Below, piece after piece: positions 56,575-64,000 of a stretch of DNA of 64,000 nt (position 1 is the first letter of the stretch; every line of letters starts with the position of its first letter). The notes under the pieces were generated by a model. The model ran no database searches, was not told where the DNA came from, and was given only the letters and a program-made list of their open reading frames with translations. The DNA is from Alphaproteobacteria bacterium (lineage in GTDB: Bacteria; Pseudomonadota; Alphaproteobacteria; CALKHQ01). Location: positions 1,696,001 to 1,760,000 of the forward strand of contig CBDDFZ010000001.1 of the NCBI GenBank assembly GCA_965227515.1, in the 5' to 3' direction. The position numbers and the translations under genes are program-made.

Positions 56575-57256
56575 AACGAAACCGCCGCCTCCGGTTGGCG
56601 GAACCGGGGCGGCGGTGAAATGGAATTGGCTTGGCGGCTCAAATTCCGACACCGAACATACCGCCACCGCCGCAGATGTTCAACTGCCAGTCGACTTGCA
56701 CCACGAGTTGGCCATCGCGCAGCGCCTTGCAGGGCGATATGGCCTGGACAACAAACTTCAGGCCTACGGCATTACCCCTGCCGACCAGATCGAAACCGAT
56801 GTGATAGCAGTCGACCGCATCCTAGTCGGCGCCGGGCGGTACTCCCCACTTCCCCATCATTTGCCTACAGACAGGTTGAGCCGGCCATCCGAGTTGTGGT
56901 GCCTCACCCCGATCCGTTCTCCAGCGGGCGAGGTCTTCAACGTGGTGGCATGGCGGCCGAACAGTCGCCAGACTTACGTGCGGATGCGCTGGCCGGCGCT
57001 ACTGGGCTGCGGCATCGGAGACGATCCCATCGACCGCGCCCTGATCTGTGACGAGCCGCTGGTCGTCTACGGCACAGTCGCGGCGTGGCACAGGCAGGCG
57101 CATGGCCCTGGTGTCGTGTGGTTGAACGACGACGTGTCGGAACTGTGGGGTGTCGACCGCGCCCTGACTGATGACATGGAGACGTTGCGCAAGCTGCGGG
57201 TCGCAGACGTTGACGCGCGGTTCATTGCTGCGGAGGTGGATGCCCATGCAGCATGA
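56561..57256 (+). CDS. Hypothetical replication-module protein (possibly divergent primase/TOPRIM-like)
   Basis: Directly upstream of the helicase; TPIRSPAGEVFNVVAWRP...EPLVVY...PGVVWL. Confidence 0.55.
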   Translation: MMRPETKPPPPVGGTGAAVKWNWLGGSNSDTEHTATAADVQLPVDLHHELAIAQRLAGRYGLDNKLQAYGITPADQIETDVIAVDRILVGAGRYSPLPHHLPTDRLSRPSELWCLTPIRSPAGEVFNVVAWRPNSRQTYVRMRWPALLGCGIGDDPIDRALICDEPLVVYGTVAAWHRQAHGPGVVWLNDDVSELWGVDRALTDDMETLRKLRVADVDARFIAAEVDAHAA

Positions 57257-58304
57257 CAATTCGGCGCGGTGGGAAGCGGCGAGCCCCTATGCCGGCCTGA
57301 CGCTCAGCCTTGATGCGTGGGCCGCACGCGATGTGCCTCCACGGCGCCTGTTGCTGGGCGATATCTTCTCAGCGACGACCCGGGCCATGCTGGTCGCGGA
57401 CACCGGCATCGGAAAGACGCACTTGGGGTTCGCGTTCGCCTTCGCAATGGCCGCTGGCGAGCCCTTCTGCCATTGGGAGGGGCATGAGCCCGCGAAGGTG
57501 CTGATTGTCGACGGGGAGATGAGCATCGGGCTCATGAAAGAACGCCTCGCCGATGCCGAGCGCCGGCTTGGTATCAGGCCGCCCGATCTGCATTGCGTCT
57601 GCCGCGAGGAAGCGGAGCAGATGCCTGCGCTGGACACGCCGGAAGGCCAGGCATGGATGGACGGCTTAGTCCAACACCTTGGTGGCATCGACTTCCTGAT
57701 CCTCGACAACATCATGAGCCTGACGTCTGGGGATATGCTCGACCCGGAAGGCTGGAAGCCGGTCACGACTTGGATGCGCGCGCTTACTGCCCGCCAGATC
57801 GGTTGTCTGTGGATCCACCACACCGGCCACGACGGCAGCCGCAGCTTCGGGACCAAAACTCGCGAATGGCAACTCGACTTGGTGATGGTCGGTGAGAAGG
57901 TGGACGATCTCGCAGCCGATATTGCGCTCAAGGTTACGTTCAAGAAGGCCAGACAGCGCACGCCAGCGACGCGGGAAGACTACGAGACGACCACGCTACG
58001 GCTGACTAAGGACATTTGGACCAGCGACAACGCCGGGCAACGACAGACAGGTAGGGTGTCACCAGCCGGGCTCAAATTCAAAGATGCCTTGGCCAACGCC
58101 CTGTCGCTTCCTGCTGCCGAGCACTTCAACGGACAGCGCGCCGTCACCTTCGATGTCTGGAGGAACGAGTGCGAGCGAATGGGCCTGATCGATGGCCAGG
58201 ACAAGCCCCACAGCGCGCGAGCCCTGCTCTCAAAGTATCGGCGGGAGTTGGTCGCAGCCAACGTTGTGGTCTGCGAGAACGACCTGGTTTGGATGGTTTC
58301 ATGA
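57246..58304 (+). CDS. RepA/AAA_25-type (SF4-like) helicase
   Basis: Walker A ADTGIGKT, VDGEM, Walker B FLILDN, IHHTG, FGT, FKKAR; GGAGG RBS. Confidence 0.85.
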   Translation: MQHDNSARWEAASPYAGLTLSLDAWAARDVPPRRLLLGDIFSATTRAMLVADTGIGKTHLGFAFAFAMAAGEPFCHWEGHEPAKVLIVDGEMSIGLMKERLADAERRLGIRPPDLHCVCREEAEQMPALDTPEGQAWMDGLVQHLGGIDFLILDNIMSLTSGDMLDPEGWKPVTTWMRALTARQIGCLWIHHTGHDGSRSFGTKTREWQLDLVMVGEKVDDLAADIALKVTFKKARQRTPATREDYETTTLRLTKDIWTSDNAGQRQTGRVSPAGLKFKDALANALSLPAAEHFNGQRAVTFDVWRNECERMGLIDGQDKPHSARALLSKYRRELVAANVVVCENDLVWMVS

Positions 58305-58447
58305 CCAGCGCTGAAACCATGGCGAAACCATGGGGCGAAACCATGCGAAACCGCCCTGAAACCATAGTGAAACTGCGGCCTTCGTTGCGCGCAACCATAA
58401 GCGAAACCACCGCAACCGGTCCCTTATGGGACCGTTGCAGTTTCGCA
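58293..58447. repeat. Iteron array, putative replication origin
   Basis: About nine GAAACCAT/GCAACC copies at roughly 11-bp spacing, then the palindrome GGTCCC-TTAT-GGGACC and inverted copies. Confidence 0.75.
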
Positions 58448-58637
58448 GGCCTGTTGATGGCGGGGAAAGAGCCTCTGCAAACCACATCGGGCCACGCGCG
58501 CGAAGGTCTACCAGCGTGTGTTGTTCTGCCGCCTTGTTGCGAAAAGGGATATATTATCCCCGTGTCAGTCGTTGCTTTTCGTTGGGTTTGTGGCATATTG
58601 TTGCGGATGTGTCGCATGAGCCACGAAGGAGGGCCGC

Positions 58638-58826
58638 ATGGCCAGCACGACAGTGAGATACGAGGCTGACGCGGTGTCGATAAAGATCGGCAGCGCGGAC
58701 GCGGGGTATGACGTTCACAACAACCTGACCAGCCACCGTGACCCGGTGCTGCGGACGATTGCGCAAGAGTACGCCACGAACGGCACCACGGCAGGTGTCG
58801 TGACGATCACGGCGCAGGCGGGTTGA
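58638..58826 (+). CDS. Small hypothetical protein
   Basis: AAGGAGG RBS; first gene of the apparent late operon. Confidence 0.6.
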   Translation: MASTTVRYEADAVSIKIGSADAGYDVHNNLTSHRDPVLRTIAQEYATNGTTAGVVTITAQAG

Positions 58827-58828
58827 CG

Positions 58829-59059
58829 ATGGCCAAGATGATCGCCTGCGTCGTTGACGACCAATCGGAGATGAAGGTGTTGCAGGGCCTGCCGGGCGGA
58901 TGCTGGCGCGTCAGCATGGACGTTCCCGCCGGTGGCCTGCACGGCTTGATTGGCGCCCATGGCAGGGGGCCGCTGCGGCAGCACTTCGCCGAAGCTGACT
59001 ACGGCATTGGCAAGACCGAGACGCCTGCCGAGCGCAACAAGCGGCTTGCCGGTCGATGA
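58829..59059 (+). CDS. Small hypothetical protein
   Basis: Tight spacing; ATGA overlap with the next gene. Confidence 0.5.
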   Translation: MAKMIACVVDDQSEMKVLQGLPGGCWRVSMDVPAGGLHGLIGAHGRGPLRQHFAEADYGIGKTETPAERNKRLAGR

Positions 59060-59736
59060 GCGAGACCCCCGCCGAAGCGCAAGAGGCGCTTATCGACGCC
59101 GATGTCGAGGCGTTCCTTGAGAACAAGCCCGCCCCGACAGAGGACCTCGCGGAGTTCGAGCACGACGACCCAACTCCTGGCCTTGCGCCTGGCGTTGAGG
59201 GGCAGAGCCCGGAGTCCCTGCGCAACCTGACGAGCTACTTGTCCAGCACGTTGGGCGACGACGTGCCGACGCCTGCCGAGTTCGCCAAGACGGACCCGGC
59301 CCTTGCGGGCAGCCTCAAGCGGGCCTGGGGCGGCGACTACGACCTGAACGTCCGGTTGGTGCAGTCGGCATTGTCCAGCCTTCCTCCGGCACTGGTGAAC
59401 GCTGGCGTGAAGGCGGGGCTGGACAAGGATGTTGGCCTGTTGTCGGCCCTGGCCAAGCGGGAGCTATCGGCCCGCCGCCAGACGGCATGGCCTGGAATCT
59501 ACGCAACCCCCGCCGACCATGGCGAAGTTGGTGAAAGGAGTGATGGAGTGGAACCCGAGGAATTGAGTGCAACGGAGCGTGCCCGGCTGGAGCGCGCCCG
59601 TCAGAAGGCTGTGGGGCAGTCCATAGATGCAAACAGGCGCGGCGACCGTGACGAAGCCAAGCGGCTGGCCGATATCGGCATGCGGTTGGCGACGCGGCTG
59701 TACGGCGATAAGCCGGCGGATGGCAGCTTGGGCTGA
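59056..59736 (+). CDS. Hypothetical protein, capsid scaffold-like
   Basis: Acidic Pro-rich N-terminus, LKRAWGGDYDLNV...GLDKDVGLLSALAK helical core, C-terminal RLYG; coupled to terS. Confidence 0.55.
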   Translation: MSETPAEAQEALIDADVEAFLENKPAPTEDLAEFEHDDPTPGLAPGVEGQSPESLRNLTSYLSSTLGDDVPTPAEFAKTDPALAGSLKRAWGGDYDLNVRLVQSALSSLPPALVNAGVKAGLDKDVGLLSALAKRELSARRQTAWPGIYATPADHGEVGERSDGVEPEELSATERARLERARQKAVGQSIDANRRGDRDEAKRLADIGMRLATRLYGDKPADGSLG

Positions 59737-60170
59737 TGGCCCGTTACCGCTGGAATCCTCGCATGGAAGCGTTTGCCATTGCCTATGCAGCCGGGAATTC
59801 CGGGGCTGAGGCCGCGCGGCAGGCGGGCTATCGGGGCGGGCGGTACCAGGCACGGGAACTGCTCAAGCGCGACGATGTGAAGGTTCGCATTGCCGAGATC
59901 CAGGCAGAAACGGCCAAGCGGAACGAATTCACCGTCGACAAGTTGATGGAGCAGCTCAAGGAAGACCGGGAGGCGGCACGGGAAGCCGGCCAGCACAGCG
60001 CCGCCGTGAAGGCGAGCGAGTTGCAGGGCAAGCTGAGTGGCCACCTTGTCGACCGGGTAGACGCGCGGGTGCAGATGGACACTCGCACCGACGAACAGAT
60101 CGAGGCATCCATTGCAGCGAAGATGCGTCAGTTGGGGCTGGCCGCAAAGGTCATCGAACATGACGGCTGA
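59736..60170 (+). CDS. terS: Terminase small subunit
   Basis: MEAFAIAY..GNSGAEAARQAGY HTH, ELLKRDDVKVRIAEIQ, AAVKASELQGKLSG. Confidence 0.85.
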   Translation: MARYRWNPRMEAFAIAYAAGNSGAEAARQAGYRGGRYQARELLKRDDVKVRIAEIQAETAKRNEFTVDKLMEQLKEDREAAREAGQHSAAVKASELQGKLSGHLVDRVDARVQMDTRTDEQIEASIAAKMRQLGLAAKVIEHDG

Positions 60171-60942
60171 GGCGCTCAAGGAACTCGACGCCGAGCTTGC
60201 CGAGCTGGCCCGCCGCAAGGCCCGCCGCAAGCTATCCAGGTATCGACCCTATCCGAAACAGGCCGAATTCCATGCCGCTGGTGCCGAGCACCGCGAGCGC
60301 TTGCTGTTGGGGGGCAATCGATGCGGCAAGACCGAGGCCGGCGGCGCCGAAGTCGCGATGCACCTGACTGGCCGATATCCTGACTGGTGGAAGGGCAAGC
60401 GGTTCGGTGAGCCGATAGTTGCCTGGGCATCCGGCATCACGTCCGAGTCCACGCGCGACGTTCCGCAAGAGAAGCTGATTGGCCCGCCCGCCGACAGATC
60501 GTCCTGGGGCACGGGGATGATACCGGGCGATGCCCTGGGGCCGCACTCGATGGCCCGCACGGTTGCCGACGCGCTCGACCAGGTGATCATCAAGCATGTG
60601 ACCGGCGGCCAATCCATCCTGGGCTTCAAGACCTATGAAAAGGGCCGCGAGAAGTGGCAGGGCGCGGCGCTGCATTTGATTTGGTACGACGAGGAACCGC
60701 CCGTCGATATCTACAACGAGGGCTTGGCCCGGCTATCCGACAACCGCGGCATCGCATTGGCGACGATGACACCGCTGTTGGGCATGTCGGAAGTGGTGCG
60801 CGGCTTCATCCACCAGGACGTGGACGAGGGCGAACCCGAACTGGTTGACCCGCCGGGTTGGACCGAGGCCGATGACGACCCGATGGGCGTGAAGATCCCG
60901 CCGAAGCCGCTTCCAAGCCACTACCGGGTGCGGCGCCGATGA
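60160..60942 (+). CDS. terL: Terminase large subunit, N-terminal ATPase part (P22 gp2-like)
   Basis: YPKQAEFH (Q motif), GGNRCGKT, HLTGRYPDWW, FKTYEKGREKWQG, WYDEEPP, TMTPLLGMS. Confidence 0.88.
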   Translation: MTAEALKELDAELAELARRKARRKLSRYRPYPKQAEFHAAGAEHRERLLLGGNRCGKTEAGGAEVAMHLTGRYPDWWKGKRFGEPIVAWASGITSESTRDVPQEKLIGPPADRSSWGTGMIPGDALGPHSMARTVADALDQVIIKHVTGGQSILGFKTYEKGREKWQGAALHLIWYDEEPPVDIYNEGLARLSDNRGIALATMTPLLGMSEVVRGFIHQDVDEGEPELVDPPGWTEADDDPMGVKIPPKPLPSHYRVRRR

Positions 60943-61685
60943 CGAAACACGTCACCTTCCTGACGCTGGACGATGCCGAGCATTTCAGCCCGGAGGAACG
61001 CGAGCGCATCGCTGCGGACTACCCCGCCCACGAGCGCGAAGCCCGTGCCAAGGGCGTGCCGATGCTGGGCAGCGGCCGGGTTTTTCCTGTGGCCGAGGAA
61101 GGCATCACCTGCGCGCCGTTCAAGGTGCCGGACTTCTACGCCTGCATCGGTGGCATGGACTTCGGTTGGGACCATCCTTTCGGCGCCGTGAAGCTGGCCT
61201 GGGACCGCGACGATGACGTGATCTACGTGGCGCAGTGCTATCGGGCGCGCGAGGAAACTCCGGCCATCCACGTCGACGCCATCAAGCCCTGGGGACCGGC
61301 GATGCCCTGGGCCTGGCCGCACGACGGTCACCAGCACGACAAGGGCTCAGGCGAGGCGCTGGCGGGCGGATACCGCCGCCGGGGGCTCAACATGCTGCCT
61401 GAGCACGCGACCCACGAGGACGGCGGCTTCGGCACCGAGGCCGGCATCACTCAGATGCTGGAATACATGCAGGCAGGCCGCTTCAAGGTGTTCTCGCACC
61501 TGGCCGACTGGTTCGAGGAATTCCGCCTTTATCACCGCAAGGCCGGGAAGATCGTGAAGGAAGCCGACGACTTGCTGTCGGCAACGCGCATCGCCGTCAT
61601 GAGCCTGCGCTTCGCCAAGCCGCGCACAGCGGAAAGACGGCGACCAATGCCTACGCACTACAACATTGAACGGAGAAAGAGATGA
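60939..61685 (+). CDS. terL: Terminase large subunit, C-terminal lid + nuclease part (P22 gp2-like)
   Basis: DDAEHFS...YPAHEREARAKGVPMLGSGRVF, GMDFGWDHP, WPHDG, EEFRLYHR, DDLLSATR. Confidence 0.88.
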   Translation: MTKHVTFLTLDDAEHFSPEERERIAADYPAHEREARAKGVPMLGSGRVFPVAEEGITCAPFKVPDFYACIGGMDFGWDHPFGAVKLAWDRDDDVIYVAQCYRAREETPAIHVDAIKPWGPAMPWAWPHDGHQHDKGSGEALAGGYRRRGLNMLPEHATHEDGGFGTEAGITQMLEYMQAGRFKVFSHLADWFEEFRLYHRKAGKIVKEADDLLSATRIAVMSLRFAKPRTAERRRPMPTHYNIERRKR

Positions 61686-62059
61686 CTACCAAAACGCTCG
61701 AAAAGCCGGCGGATCGTCCGCCGGTTCACCTGGGCAGGCAAGACATGGTTCGGACGGACACCAACGGGTCGTGCCCCTCCCACTGGACTTTGATGACCCA
61801 TGCGACGCCGGAGGAAATCTTGTCTCCGGGCTGGTTCGATAACGCCTATGGCGATGTTCTGTTTGTCGACGACGTGATACTCGCACTCTACGGGCCCGGC
61901 GAATTTGAGGCGCAGAAAGCCGGAAACCAGACTTGGCGCGGCGGCGCCAAGCCACACCAGCGCATGAAGCTGTTGGTGACCAATCGCGTGCCTAAGACCG
62001 AAAACATGGGCCTAGTCTCGGCATGGCACATCACGGTCGAGCCGTACGACGGTCCCTGA
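61682..62059 (+). CDS. Hypothetical protein
   Basis: ATGA overlap upstream and TGATG overlap downstream; EEILSPGWFDNA motif. Confidence 0.6.
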   Translation: MTTKTLEKPADRPPVHLGRQDMVRTDTNGSCPSHWTLMTHATPEEILSPGWFDNAYGDVLFVDDVILALYGPGEFEAQKAGNQTWRGGAKPHQRMKLLVTNRVPKTENMGLVSAWHITVEPYDGP

Positions 62060-64000
62060 TGCCGACGCAGGAGTGCATTCAGTCCGTCATTGATGCTTCG
62101 GGCGGTCGGCTTTCGGCCACCGAGGCCGCCGACGTTCTGGAGCGTATGGAGCATCGTCGCGCTGCGTTGCTGGCGTCCGGCAAGATCGATGGGCTGGACT
62201 ATCGCCTTCGAGAGCTGGCCTCGCAGGACGCTGACAGAGTTCGTATGGCGGCCGCTCTCTCAAGGAAGCACGCTGCGCTAAATGCCATCGTGCGAGACAA
62301 GACGGAGGGCGTGGTTGCGGCGCATATGGAGTCCGGTCTGTCACCGCAGCAAGCCGTCCTGGCCGTCCTGGAAGGCGTCAATGCCAATGTCCGCAACGGT
62401 CGGCTGAGCGTAGCGCAGTTGGTCGATGCGTATGAGGCCCGATATCTCACTTCGATGACGGCGGCGTTGAGCCGCGATGTGCCTCTTTGGGAGCGGAGGT
62501 TGCGTGACCGGGGCTTCCTGAATGCTGTGGTCCGCGAGATGTACGAACTGCGTGATGGGGGCCGCCCCGGCACTGTGGGTGACCCTGATGCAGCCAAGGT
62601 CGCCAAGATATTTGCAGAATACTCTGAGCTTGCGCGCCTTGAGTTGAATCGCCTTGGGGCGAACATCAGCAAGCTCGACGGTTGGGCCGGGCCGCAGTCG
62701 TATGACCCGCAGGCGCTGTTGCGGGCCGGACGGGACGCCTGGGTCGATGACATGATCGTCGAACTGGATCTTGACCGCACATTCGAGGGCCTGACGGCCG
62801 ACGATGCCCGCGCAGTGCTGCGCGATATCTGGCTCACGATCACCACCGGGCGCGACAACAGCCTGACGCCCGCCGAGCGGGGCGACTTCACCGGGCCGGC
62901 GAACGTGGCAAAGACGCTGAGCCGGCATCGGGTGTTGCACTACCGCGACGCGGATGCGTGGCTGCGGGTGCAGGAACGCTACGGGCAGGACCACATATTC
63001 GGCGCCATCGCCTCGCACCAGATGCGGGCCGCGCACCTAGCTGCGCAAATGCAGATGCTGGGGCCGAATCCCGAGGTGATGTTGGGCAGCCTGATGGAAA
63101 GCTTGGCGCGCCGGGTGCGTAACGACGCCAACATTCCCGCCGATCAGAAGTCCGGGTTGATCGATGACCTGAGCCTCGAAAACGTCGCCATCAAGTCCGC
63201 GATGGCGGAGATGCAGGGGCTGCACAACACTGTCGCGCCGGGTCGACGGGCATGGACAGCGGCTGCCGTCAGCTCGGCAATCCGGGCGGTGCAGACCATG
63301 GCCAAGCTCGGCACATCGGTGTTCGCCCAGATCAGCGACATCGGCCAGAGCACGGCGCAGCTGCGTTACAACGGCGTACCGATCCATACAGCCTATGAGA
63401 GACAATTCCGCCATGTGCTTGCCGGCCGCCCAACCAAGGAACAGCGTGAAATCGCGCATCTGATTGGTGTTGGCGCAAATGGCATCATCGATAGTGTCGC
63501 GGCGCGGTGGAATGTCGATGGTGGTTTACCAGGGCGCTTCACGCGAGCGGTCAACGGCTTCTTCAAGCTGAACGGCATGACGTGGCTGCAGAACTCTTTG
63601 GAGCGTGCCAATGCACTGATTCTGTCAGCCCACCTTGGCCGGCAAATGACCAAGGCATGGGATGCCGTCGACGCGGACATGAAAAATCAGCTCAACCGCT
63701 ATGGCATTGGAGAGGCCGAGTGGTCGGTTTTGCGCCAGGGCGATTACCGCACGATCGATGGTGAGCGTTACGTCACCGGCGATCGTGTGCGCGATATCCC
63801 GCTGGAAGCCATGGACCCGCTCATCGAAGGCAAGATCACCGAGTTGGCACGCATCCGGGCGCGTGACGACCTGGAAATCAAGCTGCGGACCTATCAGGTG
63901 GACCAGACCTTCTCCGGCATCATCCGACCATCGGCCCGGTCCCGCCGTTGGCTGCTGCGTGGCACCCAGCGCGGCACTGCTGTCGGTGAGGCGATGCGCT
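62059..64000 (+). CDS. Large internal virion/DNA-ejection-like protein (3'-partial; absent from the ORF track)
   Basis: ATG overlaps the upstream TGA and reads MPTQECIQSVIDASGGRLS...LNRLGANISKLDGWAGPQSYD...RHRVLHYRDADAW...LGPNP. It appears open to the window end and resembles epsilon15/BPP-1-type podovirus internal proteins. Confidence 0.75.
   Translation, partial: MPTQECIQSVIDASGGRLSATEAADVLERMEHRRAALLASGKIDGLDYRLRELASQDADRVRMAAALSRKHAALNAIVRDKTEGVVAAHMESGLSPQQAVLAVLEGVNANVRNGRLSVAQLVDAYEARYLTSMTAALSRDVPLWERRLRDRGFLNAVVREMYELRDGGRPGTVGDPDAAKVAKIFAEYSELARLELNRLGANISKLDGWAGPQSYDPQALLRAGRDAWVDDMIVELDLDRTFEGLTADDARAVLRDIWLTITTGRDNSLTPAERGDFTGPANVAKTLSRHRVLHYRDADAWLRVQERYGQDHIFGAIASHQMRAAHLAAQMQMLGPNPEVMLGSLMESLARRVRNDANIPADQKSGLIDDLSLENVAIKSAMAEMQGLHNTVAPGRRAWTAAAVSSAIRAVQTMAKLGTSVFAQISDIGQSTAQLRYNGVPIHTAYERQFRHVLAGRPTKEQREIAHLIGVGANGIIDSVAARWNVDGGLPGRFTRAVNGFFKLNGMTWLQNSLERANALILSAHLGRQMTKAWDAVDADMKNQLNRYGIGEAEWSVLRQGDYRTIDGERYVTGDRVRDIPLEAMDPLIEGKITELARIRARDDLEIKLRTYQVDQTFSGIIRPSARSRRWLLRGTQRGTAVGEAMR

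Noticed and set aside
58590-58604. Sigma-54-like TGGCATATTGTTGC before the late operon
   Set aside because: The GG-to-GC spacing is one base short of the strict -24/-12 requirement.
62199-63680. Minus-strand ORFs in the last 2 kb
   Set aside because: They are antisense to the long plus-strand ORF starting at 62059, which has translational coupling and consistent codon usage.

Overview
High-GC window from a Rhodospirillales-like alphaproteobacterium, judged from gene order and codon style. Bases 1-46.5 kb are mostly chromosomal backbone and catabolic genes: a partial sensor kinase, a GH13_18 sugar phosphorylase, the conserved degP-rarA-crcB-rluC-HAD-ATP12 block, lipB/tRNA-Leu/mgtE, an lvaCABE-like hydroxyacyl-CoA module downstream of an interrupted soeABC, and hydantoinase/oxoprolinase AB. 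Four parts are unusual. (1) A single 1143-aa protein fuses 2-oxoacid dehydrogenase E1alpha, E1beta and a lipoyl domain to an intact FabH/KAS III, with no E2 core. (2) Three small unknown genes that share an alpha-beta-beta pattern sit between co-oriented catabolic genes. (3) A lower-GC island at about 46.8-54.4 kb, bounded by an IS5 relic and a tRNA-Phe 3' fragment, encodes an RTX protein with 20 GGKH-(GS)n repeats plus a kinase, a TPR-dioxygenase and a GNAT-TPR, which may be a protein-modification system. (4) From 54.5 kb to the window end lies a tRNA-Phe-integrated, satellite-like element: integrase, no repressor gene but three tandem promoter-hairpin units and stacked terminators, xis, helicase and iterons, a scaffold-like protein, TerS, a split P22-like TerL and a large ejection-like ORF, with no portal or capsid gene in view. 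Family assignments come from motif recognition by eye; no database searches were run.
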